IMG/VR virus record: IMGVR_UViG_3300033407_000015 | Location: 1-58,006 of that record | Strand: one strand, 5' to 3' | Source of the DNA: a virus | Taxonomy: Duplodnaviria; Caudoviricetes | DNA length: 58,006 nucleotides | Shown here: positions 36,790-46,428 of the stretch, piece by piece | Layout of the letters: each line of letters starts with the position of its first letter | Position numbering within the stretch: position 1 is the first letter of the stretch | Made by a program: the position numbers and the translations under genes | The notes under the pieces: generated by a model | Seen by the model: only the letters and a program-made list of their open reading frames with translations | The model's database searches: none | Told to the model about the DNA's origin: nothing

Positions 36790-37452
36790 ATGAGCCATAC
36801 CACTAGTCTTTACGGTCGGGTATTCGTCGAGGGTTTCTCCAACAATCTCAGGCAAGCCCTAGCCGTCGGTATGCAGACCCCTGAGCGCTACGGTGGGCTG
36901 CCCCAGAAGGCTACGAAGCCTAAGAAGATTGCGAAGTTCAAGGAGCCTCTTACGAAGCGCCTGAAGCGCCACGCGACTGACGTTGGACGAACCATGTTCC
37001 CGCCGCTCAATGACTCTGTTGAACACTCTCTCTTTGACCAAATCTTCACGGAGTCCAAGGAGAAGATGGGAATCGTCGGAAGTCTCAAGAAGATTGGGCG
37101 CAACGCCCATGAATACATGGATGTTTCAGACCCATCACACCCATGGAGCAAGATCATCTCTACAGCACAGAAATGGTCCGACCAGGGCGGCGCTCTCGCC
37201 GGGGGTGATAAATCAAAATCTCAGATCAAGCCTGAGAAAAAGTCTGATTGGGGTGCCGACGCTTTGAAAACTACGAGTTCCTCGAAATCTGATGGGGGCT
37301 TAAAATCCCAGAATGCTCTGACGTCGCTCAAGAGGTCAATCAAGAGTGTTCAGCAGGACCGTGAGCGTAAACAGCGCACCAGTCGAAAGCTTCAGAGCAT
37401 GAGCAAACCTCAATCTAGGGTCCCCTCGACCCCCCGCACCAAAGTAAAGTAA
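36790..37452 (+). CDS. Lys/Ser-rich candidate internal head protein
   Basis: ATG 36790; SLYGRVFVE and SLFDQIFTE motifs. Confidence 0.6.
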   Translation: MSHTTSLYGRVFVEGFSNNLRQALAVGMQTPERYGGLPQKATKPKKIAKFKEPLTKRLKRHATDVGRTMFPPLNDSVEHSLFDQIFTESKEKMGIVGSLKKIGRNAHEYMDVSDPSHPWSKIISTAQKWSDQGGALAGGDKSKSQIKPEKKSDWGADALKTTSSSKSDGGLKSQNALTSLKRSIKSVQQDRERKQRTSRKLQSMSKPQSRVPSTPRTKVK

Positions 37453-37601
37453 CAAGCACTCAACCAAGAGGTAGCGGAACCTATTCCGATACCTCATAAT
37501 CCACTTACTTTGGTGGCACCTACTACTGGTTCAATTCGGGTTCGTAACCTCTTTCCTCGCATGTAGAATGAGGTAACCACCCGAAACGGCGGAGAAAACT
37601 C

Positions 37602-37970
37602 ATGGCGGCCAGCAGCAAAACAGTCAAGTATCAGGGCAGCTTCTCGGTGCATGATGCATCAAATGTCGCCTCCCCTAACAAGCCGATCAAGGATCTCACG
37701 CTGACCGTGGGTCAGGTCCAGTCGTCGGATCCGATGTGCATCCCTGGATCGACCACGGACTTCAGCGTTCCTTTCGGTGCGTTGACATTGGCGAAGCGGA
37801 TTTACATCAAGACCGATCAGTCGGTCACGATGAAGTTCAATCAGAACACCGACACTGGGTTCTCCTGGAAAGGCGAGGGTGTGATTCCGTCTGAGGATGG
37901 CGTCACAGCCATCTTCATCTCCACGGGCGCCAACGACACCAACGTCGAAATCGTCGTCGCAGGAGACTAG
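37602..37970 (+). CDS. Small beta-rich virion-type protein
   Basis: GGAG RBS; 122 aa. Confidence 0.6.
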   Translation: MAASSKTVKYQGSFSVHDASNVASPNKPIKDLTLTVGQVQSSDPMCIPGSTTDFSVPFGALTLAKRIYIKTDQSVTMKFNQNTDTGFSWKGEGVIPSEDGVTAIFISTGANDTNVEIVVAGD

Positions 37971-37972
37971 CT

Positions 37973-38341
37973 ATGGGCGCCGCACTCTACGTCGAACGCG
38001 AAACCATGCCCTCCGTCATTCCTGGCGAAGAGGTTATGGTCATTGCACGCAACAAAGGTTCGGAGAGTGCTGCTCCTCGGTTCTATGTCGTCGCACTGGA
38101 ATCAGGTACCACCTTCGAGACGCGTCATGGTCAGGGTCCGATGGTGGAGACGTTTCCAGCTACACCCGGCTCTGGCTCCATGTTTCGCGGCCAGCGTGAA
38201 ACTGTCGAACTCTCGGCTGCTGTAGCCGCCGATCACAACATCTACGTGCTGCGGTGCCTCACGGGTCGCCTTGCTGTGACCGTCGTCTCGCCGCATCGCG
38301 TGCAGATGCAGTTTCGCACTCGGGGGCTTAGAAGCGCATGA
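37973..38341 (+). CDS. Small virion-type protein, paralog of the 38338 ORF
   Basis: RETMP..PRFYVVAL..TVEL..GRLAVTVVSP. Confidence 0.6.
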   Translation: MGAALYVERETMPSVIPGEEVMVIARNKGSESAAPRFYVVALESGTTFETRHGQGPMVETFPATPGSGSMFRGQRETVELSAAVAADHNIYVLRCLTGRLAVTVVSPHRVQMQFRTRGLRSA

Positions 38342-39015
38342 CCGATCATCTTCATCCAAAGCGCGAGACCTATCCCTTCATCAACACCGACGACGAGTTC
38401 GTATCAGTCTGCCGGTTTCATATTCCGGCCAACATGCGCCCTACGCTCTACATCAAGGCGCTGGTCGATGCCGAGGTTCGTCTCGACGAGAGCAAGTCGC
38501 TCGACGACAGAGCAGGGTTTACGGTCCTCGACTACACGGCAGGTGTTACCGATACGGTCACGCTGACCGTAGACGGTGGAGCACCTACAGTTCTTACCGA
38601 GGGCACCGATTTCGACGCTGTCATCTCCAACGAAGAGACGGCTCTTCAGATTGCGGCAGCCATCAACACCGCAGCCCTTGGTCTAGTCGCTACAGCGGAT
38701 GAGGCTAGGGTCTATGTCGTCGTAGCTCTCAACTCCGGCATCAAGACCTTCACGCTTGCTAGCAGTGATTTGACGGCCTGGAGTCACAATCTTCTCGCCA
38801 TCATTGGAAGTCTCGCCACGCTCGTCGCTCAACAGACAGTCGAGTTGGACCTCGCCACCCGTGATCCATTGGATACGGTGGCCTTCTTGAAGATCTTCAA
38901 GGGCAAGGTCTCCTTGGATCTTCGATCACCAGTCGAGTGCCGAACCTATCTCCGTCAGCCGGCAACGCTGAGCGGCAACACGGGCCACCCAGGTGGCTGG
39001 CCCACCACTCCGTAG
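38338..39015 (+). CDS. Virion-type protein (paralog of 37973 with an inserted segment)
   Basis: RETYP..PTLYIKAL..[insert ..TALQIAAAIN..]..TVEL..GKVSLDLRSP. Confidence 0.6.
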   Translation: MTDHLHPKRETYPFINTDDEFVSVCRFHIPANMRPTLYIKALVDAEVRLDESKSLDDRAGFTVLDYTAGVTDTVTLTVDGGAPTVLTEGTDFDAVISNEETALQIAAAINTAALGLVATADEARVYVVVALNSGIKTFTLASSDLTAWSHNLLAIIGSLATLVAQQTVELDLATRDPLDTVAFLKIFKGKVSLDLRSPVECRTYLRQPATLSGNTGHPGGWPTTP

Positions 39016-39030
39016 GTCTAGGGGAACGGC

Positions 39031-39867
39031 GTGACAATGGATACTGAATTTCAAACATGGAAGAAGGCTGTAGAGATCCCTACGGATCGTCTTGTCTTCA
39101 CCGATTGGAATTGCAACGAGATGAGCCAGGAGAAGCTGGCCCATCTTCAAGCAGAGATCGAGAACGACGAGGATCCTGAAGATCCTCACTTTGATGAGCC
39201 GCTCCAGGTGATTCCGATTCAGGAGTCCGAGGGCAAGTATCTCGTTGTAGGTGGAGAACACCGCACCAAGATCGCGCGCTCGCTAGAGATGACAGCGGTC
39301 CCGTGCGTCATTCGTACCGATCTCGCAAAGAAGAGTCGGAAGGACTTGATCCTCTGGTCCGTCCGTCGGAACAACCTGCGCGGTCGAATCAACGCTCAGA
39401 AGTATGCCGAGATGGAAGCTGAACTGGTCAACCAACACGGTATGACCTCCGAGGCTGCCCGCCGATCCATGTTGATCGACGGCGATCTGGCTAAGGCGCT
39501 TCGGGCAACGCTAGCGGTTCGAGCAAACGAGAACAACGAATCAGACGACGGTCACGACGGTACCCGCCAGTTTGGTGATGAAGTTGATAGCGCGCGTGAA
39601 GATCGCCGCTCCAAGGAAGAGCTTCTTTCGGCGCTCAAGATGGCCGAACAAGACGTGCTCCTTGACTCTGCTGACACTGTCAAGCATGGCTATTTGTTTT
39701 TCGCTCAGGGTAAGAAGGGCCAGATGCATCTGGTCGTTGACGAATCCCTAGAGCTTCACGCACTCATCAAGCAGATGGTTTCCACCTGCAAGGGCAGTGA
39801 CGCAAAGGTCGATGACTTCTTGACCAACGCGATCAGCGCTCAACTGAACAACTTGGAGACAAAGTGA
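39031..39867 (+). CDS. ParB/Srx-like N-terminal domain protein
   Basis: WNCNEM...FDEPLQV...YLVVGGEHR..A..L.M..VPCVI...NNLRG. Confidence 0.75.
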   Translation: MTMDTEFQTWKKAVEIPTDRLVFTDWNCNEMSQEKLAHLQAEIENDEDPEDPHFDEPLQVIPIQESEGKYLVVGGEHRTKIARSLEMTAVPCVIRTDLAKKSRKDLILWSVRRNNLRGRINAQKYAEMEAELVNQHGMTSEAARRSMLIDGDLAKALRATLAVRANENNESDDGHDGTRQFGDEVDSAREDRRSKEELLSALKMAEQDVLLDSADTVKHGYLFFAQGKKGQMHLVVDESLELHALIKQMVSTCKGSDAKVDDFLTNAISAQLNNLETK

Positions 39868-42800
39868 TGCAGGCACACAAGAACAAGATCGGCGCTACTC
39901 ACAGCCGTCCTGCGATGAGGATGTGGGAGTGGTTCGACATGTGGGCTCTCTACGAAGAGGTCACGCGTCGCTTTGGGTCTTCGAACTTGTTCGAAGGCAA
40001 AGACGAAGATGAGAATCCCTACTCTGAAGAAGAGAAGGCAAAGCAGCACGATCACTATCTGAAGCACTTCAGGGAGGTGCTTCACAACCACAACACCATG
40101 ACCCCTGAGGAGAGCAAGAAGCGTCTCCAGCATGTCGGTGCGTGGGCGGCAGAGACCGGTGCGGCGAACCGTCATGCTGGTGATCGAGGCCGACCCGCGC
40201 CCGCACTTGGCCCGTCTAAGGGTGAAGAAGAAGTCAGTCGCCATCCTGACGAAGAGGTAAAGGACTGGGAGCGTCGTCGCAAAAACCCCAAGGAGCAAGA
40301 AAAGGCTTACGCGAAGCGTAAGGAGGAGCATGAGCGGAAGCACGGTAAGCGCTCCGCAGAGCACGCGTCAGGTCTTCGTGGTGATGGTCACGATCTGAAG
40401 TCTGCGCACTCGGTCGGTAAAATCGTGCGCTCGGTAAGCGATAGCAAGCACGGGCACATCCTCCTTAAGGCTGCCAAGTCGCTCGCCGGTGATCCGCATA
40501 AGTCACCTGAGCGTGGCAAGGGTGTCGCAGGCAGAACTTCGCCTGAGGAAGACAAGGCATACGTCGCCGCTACACTGATGACAGGACATGGTGAAGCTCA
40601 GTCGGCACCAGAGAATGAAGAGACCAGGCGTCTTCACTCTCGGCTTCATGCTCGTCGCGCTCACGCAGAGACAGAAGCGGGCGCCCGAAAGTCAGACGAG
40701 TCTGAAGAGAAGTATGAGGCCCGTGTCAATGCGGCTGAGGGGAAGATCCCGCCCAACCACAAGCACGGCTATGCATCTATCGCGAACGATACGAATCACA
40801 CCGAAGATCAAGCGAAGTCGCATCGTTCACGAATTTTCGGTAAGCGCGCCGGTAAGAGCGGTTCTTCGCCAATCCGTACTCTGGCCATGCAAGCAATCTC
40901 ACACGCCGAGAGCGGTGGTTCGCTAGATCACAAGTGGGTTGCAAAGAGCGCGAAGGAACTCGCGATCATGCGACGCCGCTCCATGGAGGGCAAGGGCACC
41001 AAGAGCGACAAGCTCAAGGGAGCCGTTAGTAGGGGACAGGCTCTAGGTGGCACCGACGATGAGGCGAAGGGAATGGAGGGCATTTCTCAGTCCTCCAGCA
41101 AGCGCGCTCAGATGGTGAAGCGGGGCGAACAGAGCAGCCCCAAGTGGCACCACCCATCCTCGAAGCAGGCAAAGGCTGGTCATCCCAGCATGACTGCTGT
41201 TCCGCATGAAGCGGTAAACAAAGCGCTTGGACACAAGAAGACGGCAACTATCGACATCACCAGTGCGGCGAAGAAGCTCAAGGATAAGGGTCACACCACA
41301 GGTCAGATCGCTGATCTGCTCAAGCATCCTCATGCTGAAGTGATGCGGATGGTGCATGGCTTCTCGCCAACTGGGATCGAGAGTGGAACTGGTGCTTCTG
41401 GTCGACGGAAGGGTTCTCGTGAGAAGCGCGATCAAGAGCCTGTCGCAAAGGCGATGCGCAGTGAGAAAGAGGCAAAGCTTGCTAAGAGCAAGACGCCTAC
41501 TGAAGCCGTCAAGGCTGACCTTCATCGCCTTTACCCGCTCCGTGACAAGGTCGGCGAGGGCGACGACGAGGAGGGTGAGGATCACTCTGCGACTTTCCAC
41601 AAGCGCGTCAAGAAGATGTACAAATCGGCGCCCCACCAAAAGGACATCCAAAAGAGGGCTGGTGGAGCAGTAGCAAAGGACGCCCCTGAGAGCGAGATCC
41701 CTGAGCGTATGGGTCTGCATGGCGTTCCATCAGCAGGACGCGCTGGTTTTGGTGGCGGCAAGGTTAAGGGATTGATGAGCCCACTTGACCATCCTGGTGA
41801 CTTCGATAAGACGGCCTCGCTTAAGAAGCATGGTGGAGATGAGAAGAAGGTTGCGGCAGACCAGAAGAATCACCAAGCGAAGCTCGATGCTTTTCACGAC
41901 AACCTGGCTGAAAAGCACGCTGGTGTCCATGCAGCTATGGATCACGTTCTTGCAAACGTGCGCGACCGAAATCACCCACTAACCGTTCAGCACCGTGAGC
42001 ACCATGACGCAATCAAGCTCGCGAAGGACACGAAGAACAACGAGGAACTAGCCAAGCTGGAGAAAGAGGGCAAGAAGAAGAACATCATGGGCGACATCAT
42101 TGCCCACCACCTGAATCGCAGTGCTGATGATGAAAACGTCCAGAAGGCATTGGGTGTTTCTCGTGCCCGCGCTCGTGCAGCACTCACCAACATCATGGGT
42201 CGTCTGGAGAAGCACGGCGAGCACTCCATGGCGGCTAACATCGCTCGTGGTGGTGCGCAGCAGAAGTCTCGCGCTGGTGGCGAACGAGGTTCTGACAAGA
42301 AGCGCGCTGGCGACCCACTCTCCCGTGCCCGGGTTCGTGTTCCAGGCGATGAGTCTGGTGCTGGTGGCGACATAGAGTCACCGACCAAGCACAAGCCTGA
42401 GCGGTTCATTGAGCCGGCTAAACCGACCAAGAAGGTCAAGCTTTATCGTGCAGGCGATAAGCCTGTTGCATCGCCCCTCAGCAAACTGGACAAGTCTGCC
42501 GCGCTTGCGGATGCTCGTGCAGGTCGTAAGCCACCAGTGGCGCGAGGAAAGTCTGTAGGCACAGCAACCGTACCAGTGCCTTCTCTCGCAACCCGTGCCC
42601 TTGACCTACGCGCTCAGGCCGCTCGTAGCGCAGGTGGCGCGACCCGGGTGGCCAAGCAACAGGTCGCTCAAGGTCGTAACATCGCACAGCACCGTGCTCA
42701 GGTGAAGAGCCCGTCTGGTGCCGGTGGCCCCATCGGTCCTTACGTGTCGTCTGCCGCAAAGAAGGCAAAGGCTCGTATCGCTGCGCGTCAGGATGCGGCC

Positions 42801-43433
42801 GAGGCCGCCAGGAAGTCGCTCGCCGGCAAGGTCGCGGCGGCTCCTGCCGACAAGAAGGGTCCAGCGGTTGACCCGGCCGCCGGTTTCCCCAAGAAATCGG
42901 GTTTGGAGCGGGTGATTGCCAGTACAGTGCCGTCGAGGTCAGGTGGCCGCGCGAAGATCACTAAGACCACGTCTCCAACGCGGGGACAAAAGCAAGAACC
43001 ACCACAGCCCGGAACCCCGGGTGGTCGTAAACCTGCCGGCGTCGCTTCATCAGACCTGATTCGAGAACGACCAACAGGCGAGAAGGGTGTCGTCTATCAG
43101 CAGCACGCTGCTGGTGGTCGCAGTGCTCCTGGTGTCAGGGTCCGCCCCAAGAAGAAGGACGAGCCGTGGGAGCGGAAGGTTGGAGACGTTTTCGGGGCAC
43201 CTCGTTCGCCAGTGACGCCGCCTAAGGCTTCGGCGCCTTCCGGAGAGCCTTACACTCGCACAGGGCAAAGCCAGATTCGAACCAGCGGTGGCGCGAAGAA
43301 GTCCGAGGGCGCGAAGAAGTTGGACGCGATCTTCAAGAAGCCGGAGAACAAGGAAGAGTCTCTCTTCCTTCGCACCCGACTTGTCGTCAACGAAACGGCA
43401 TCCTTCCCAAACCGAGTTTCGGTTTTCGCCTAA
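39864..43433 (+). CDS. Large Lys/His/Arg-rich low-complexity protein, candidate internal head protein
   Basis: 1189-aa open frame with basic composition; LYEE/LFEG near the N-terminus and SLFLRTRLVVNE near the C-terminus. Confidence 0.7.
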   Translation: MMQAHKNKIGATHSRPAMRMWEWFDMWALYEEVTRRFGSSNLFEGKDEDENPYSEEEKAKQHDHYLKHFREVLHNHNTMTPEESKKRLQHVGAWAAETGAANRHAGDRGRPAPALGPSKGEEEVSRHPDEEVKDWERRRKNPKEQEKAYAKRKEEHERKHGKRSAEHASGLRGDGHDLKSAHSVGKIVRSVSDSKHGHILLKAAKSLAGDPHKSPERGKGVAGRTSPEEDKAYVAATLMTGHGEAQSAPENEETRRLHSRLHARRAHAETEAGARKSDESEEKYEARVNAAEGKIPPNHKHGYASIANDTNHTEDQAKSHRSRIFGKRAGKSGSSPIRTLAMQAISHAESGGSLDHKWVAKSAKELAIMRRRSMEGKGTKSDKLKGAVSRGQALGGTDDEAKGMEGISQSSSKRAQMVKRGEQSSPKWHHPSSKQAKAGHPSMTAVPHEAVNKALGHKKTATIDITSAAKKLKDKGHTTGQIADLLKHPHAEVMRMVHGFSPTGIESGTGASGRRKGSREKRDQEPVAKAMRSEKEAKLAKSKTPTEAVKADLHRLYPLRDKVGEGDDEEGEDHSATFHKRVKKMYKSAPHQKDIQKRAGGAVAKDAPESEIPERMGLHGVPSAGRAGFGGGKVKGLMSPLDHPGDFDKTASLKKHGGDEKKVAADQKNHQAKLDAFHDNLAEKHAGVHAAMDHVLANVRDRNHPLTVQHREHHDAIKLAKDTKNNEELAKLEKEGKKKNIMGDIIAHHLNRSADDENVQKALGVSRARARAALTNIMGRLEKHGEHSMAANIARGGAQQKSRAGGERGSDKKRAGDPLSRARVRVPGDESGAGGDIESPTKHKPERFIEPAKPTKKVKLYRAGDKPVASPLSKLDKSAALADARAGRKPPVARGKSVGTATVPVPSLATRALDLRAQAARSAGGATRVAKQQVAQGRNIAQHRAQVKSPSGAGGPIGPYVSSAAKKAKARIAARQDAAEAARKSLAGKVAAAPADKKGPAVDPAAGFPKKSGLERVIASTVPSRSGGRAKITKTTSPTRGQKQEPPQPGTPGGRKPAGVASSDLIRERPTGEKGVVYQQHAAGGRSAPGVRVRPKKKDEPWERKVGDVFGAPRSPVTPPKASAPSGEPYTRTGQSQIRTSGGAKKSEGAKKLDAIFKKPENKEESLFLRTRLVVNETASFPNRVSVFA

Positions 43434-43451
43434 GGGCTAAGGGTTGGGGTC

Positions 43452-43829
43452 ATGGGCTATCTGACAGACAGTATTCCTCTGGGTGAGAACTCCGCGTTCT
43501 GCCAAGATCTGTACGGCTATCGAATGATCGTCCAACCAGGGGCTCGTTCTGATGTTGAGCTTTCGGCCATCATCAAGAGCGAGATCCCTGATATCGAAGA
43601 GTGGCAATACTCTGGTAGACGTCGCTGCCCGATTCTTCCTTCTCGCGGCAAAGAGAGGGGGATTCGACGCGTGATTCACCCATCGAGTTACGCCCAGAAC
43701 TCACGACGCGTCCGCCCTTTCACCGAATTGGTAATCTACGCATTTCATACGAGTGCGCAACGAGATCAGATCGCTGCTCGCCTTGTTCAAGAGCGAATCG
43801 GTTATAGGGTCGAAAATGAGCCCTCCTAG
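43452..43829 (+). CDS. Hypothetical protein
   Basis: 125 aa, fills the gap on the coding strand. Confidence 0.55.
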   Translation: MGYLTDSIPLGENSAFCQDLYGYRMIVQPGARSDVELSAIIKSEIPDIEEWQYSGRRRCPILPSRGKERGIRRVIHPSSYAQNSRRVRPFTELVIYAFHTSAQRDQIAARLVQERIGYRVENEPS

Positions 43830-43918
43830 TCAGTGACCTTGCTGTGATTCCATCATGGTTTGGCGTAAACTAGCTAGAAGCAAGAGATTTGAGCTTTAGG
43901 GCTCTTGGGAGCAAAATC

Positions 43919-46420
43919 ATGGCGCAGGGATTTGACGAGATTCTCGGCCTTTACAAGGCATCCGTAAGGAAGTCCCCTGCCCTGATGATGGAGACCATTT
44001 CGGTTGATTCCAACCGTGGCGCTACATCGCGAGGCAATTCCCCCTACGACAAGTACGCGTCGCCCGAGACTCGGTCCAAGGTTTTGGAGTCTCGGATGCA
44101 AGAGATCGAGGCGTTTGCACGCAATCGAGGTCTCTCCGCGTCAGCCATCTATGCACTCGCCGAGGCTGCGATGCGCACTGGAAAGATCCCTGACCTTGGT
44201 CAGTTTGGTCTGGCTGGTGACGACGCTGTCGCAACCAAGCAGTTCCTCATCTCCAGTGTTTTGAACATCGCCGGGTTGGAATGGACCGACTACAAGGGTG
44301 ACCCAGTCGTTGAAGACGACGTAGAGGACCACGAAGGCGCGCACGTTGTCGGTGATGAGCCCGTGCGCCCGGCTCCTGAGAAGAAGTCGCGCCGCACCAA
44401 AACGACTGCTGGCGGCTATCAGATGGATGACAACAGCATCGACCCTTCTCGATTCATGGCTGAAAGCTCCGAGGGCATGCGCAAGGGCACCCAGTCGGCG
44501 ACTGGTGAGTACGGTCGTGCGCGTGGAGGCCGTCCTGATAGTGGTCGGATCAGCAAAGCCCAGTTGGGCGTCGGCAGGACCAAGAGCCGCCGTAGTGGTA
44601 AAGCAGACGCTCAGGCCGGCTATGATGACTACGAGGCCGAGCGCGAGGACCGTGAGGAGCACGTCGACGTCGATCCCAGCATGTTCATGGCTGAGGGTTC
44701 CGGTGGCCGTCGCAGTCTGGCGCGTCGGACCGACGCGGCCAAGAAGGCACACGACCTGAACGTCAAGGCGAAGGTGAGCACGATCCCCGGAACCTACGAC
44801 GATTTCCACGCCGCCACCGATGACACTCGCCAGCGTGAGGTTCAAGCCATGAAGCGCGAGAGGCAGCGTCTCGCTGCCTCTCCGCCACAGGGCGGAGAGC
44901 GTATGCAGCGCATGGCTCGTGGGGGTCAGACCATTCCGTCCGGTCGCGAAAAGACCGTGGGTTCGGGCGCCCCTGGGTGGGGCGCCTATAACCAAGAAGT
45001 CGACCGATCGGCCAAGAAGCTGCGGGCGATGCAGAACAGCAGCGTCGATGTCGATCCCAGCATGTTCATGGCTGAGGGTTCCACTAAGGCAGGCGGCTAT
45101 CCCTTCGCAATGAAGAAGAAGCACTACCAAGGTCACTCTGACGACCAGCTTGACTACGCGCACACGGATGCAATGAAGGCTGCGGAGGCGGTGCGTGACC
45201 ACGACCCGATCGCACACAACTGGTACGTCGACGATGCTGCGACCATTCGGCGTGAGATGAACCAGCGTCGGCAGAGCCCACGTAAGACGCGTGTGCGCCG
45301 TGATGAGCACATCAACGTCGACCCCAGTGTGTTCATGGCTGAGGAGAAGGGCACCGTTGGTGGTCCGTCTGCCGCGTCACTCTCTCCCAACCGCATGTCC
45401 GATGGTGGGGATACACCTCATAAGCTTCAGGACTACGAGCGCAACAACCTCCTCTCGAAGGCGGTCATGGAGAAGCTGAAGAAAATCGCCGGTGACGGTG
45501 TCTACGGCTACTCCCGTGAAGATCTCTTTCGTCTTGCTCGTGAGCGCGGACTGCTTGGGACCGAAGAGAACTACGAAGACGATGGCGACGTCTTTGATGA
45601 GGAAGATGAGAAGCGGAGCGAGCAGCAGGCTGAGGCAACTGGGATCGTCAGCACCAGCACCGATTCCAACGCCGGCAGCCAGTTTGCCCCAAACCCGACG
45701 CAATACGACGTCGAGGATGATCTTCTCAAGACGCCGTGGGACGAAGACAAGAGCGAGAAGCGACGTCGTAAGCAGGAGGAAGACGCCCGATCCGAGGTTG
45801 ATAGGATCCTTGGGATCGAAGTAGGTGACCCGCGCAACGACTCGTGGCCAAAGCTTGGCTTCGAGATGGCCCGTCTCATGGGGGTCCAGGAGAACGTCGG
45901 TAATCCAGTTCACTCTTACATGACCCAAGAGGAGGTTGCAGCCGAGGAGAAGGCTCTGCGTGAGCGCTCTGAGTCTGACAAGATCCTTGGGATCATGCCT
46001 GGCGATCCTCGAAACGAGAACTGGCCCAAGCTCGGTGGTGAGATGGCTCGCCTCATGAACCTGGAAGACCAGGGTGTCCTTCGTGGTCCTCGCGGGATCA
46101 ACCAAAACGGCTTCGACGACGAACCGATCCAGGAGATGACCACCGCAGGCAGCATGGGCGGCTACGTTGGCGCCGGTATGATGGGCGGCGGTATGACGGG
46201 CCGCACCTGCGCTATGCCCTCCTACGGCGATTCCTATGATCTTCCTGAGGATCCCGACGAGCGCGTCAAGGCCCTCAAGAAGATGCTCAGCAAGAATGGC
46301 CTCAAGAAGCCAGTCGAAGAGTTTGAGGAATACGAGCCGGCTCCCAACTCGATTAAGGTTCCAATCGTCCGCTCTGAGGATTACGACAGTCACCCGTCGC
46401 GCTTCATGAAGCGTCGCTAG
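43919..46420 (+). CDS. Repeat-containing candidate internal head (poly)protein
   Basis: Four DPS.FMAE motifs, duplicated ILGI..GDPRN..WPKLG.EMARLM, and IQEMTTAG; GGGAG RBS before ATG 43919. Confidence 0.7.
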   Translation: MAQGFDEILGLYKASVRKSPALMMETISVDSNRGATSRGNSPYDKYASPETRSKVLESRMQEIEAFARNRGLSASAIYALAEAAMRTGKIPDLGQFGLAGDDAVATKQFLISSVLNIAGLEWTDYKGDPVVEDDVEDHEGAHVVGDEPVRPAPEKKSRRTKTTAGGYQMDDNSIDPSRFMAESSEGMRKGTQSATGEYGRARGGRPDSGRISKAQLGVGRTKSRRSGKADAQAGYDDYEAEREDREEHVDVDPSMFMAEGSGGRRSLARRTDAAKKAHDLNVKAKVSTIPGTYDDFHAATDDTRQREVQAMKRERQRLAASPPQGGERMQRMARGGQTIPSGREKTVGSGAPGWGAYNQEVDRSAKKLRAMQNSSVDVDPSMFMAEGSTKAGGYPFAMKKKHYQGHSDDQLDYAHTDAMKAAEAVRDHDPIAHNWYVDDAATIRREMNQRRQSPRKTRVRRDEHINVDPSVFMAEEKGTVGGPSAASLSPNRMSDGGDTPHKLQDYERNNLLSKAVMEKLKKIAGDGVYGYSREDLFRLARERGLLGTEENYEDDGDVFDEEDEKRSEQQAEATGIVSTSTDSNAGSQFAPNPTQYDVEDDLLKTPWDEDKSEKRRRKQEEDARSEVDRILGIEVGDPRNDSWPKLGFEMARLMGVQENVGNPVHSYMTQEEVAAEEKALRERSESDKILGIMPGDPRNENWPKLGGEMARLMNLEDQGVLRGPRGINQNGFDDEPIQEMTTAGSMGGYVGAGMMGGGMTGRTCAMPSYGDSYDLPEDPDERVKALKKMLSKNGLKKPVEEFEEYEPAPNSIKVPIVRSEDYDSHPSRFMKRR
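44663..45082 (+). repeat. 39-nt near-perfect direct repeat encoding VDVDPSMFMAEGS
   Basis: Copies at 44663-44701 and 45044-45082 with one mismatch. Confidence 0.85.
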
Positions 46421-46428
46421 AGGTCTAC

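Noticed and set aside
44663-45340. Repeats as a DGR template/variable pair or a CRISPR-like array
   Set aside because: Repeats are in frame and coding, with no adenine-specific mismatch pattern and no reverse transcriptase or cas gene in the window.
44141-46393. 389-aa and 338-aa minus-strand ORFs
   Set aside because: Antisense shadows of the 43919 gene.
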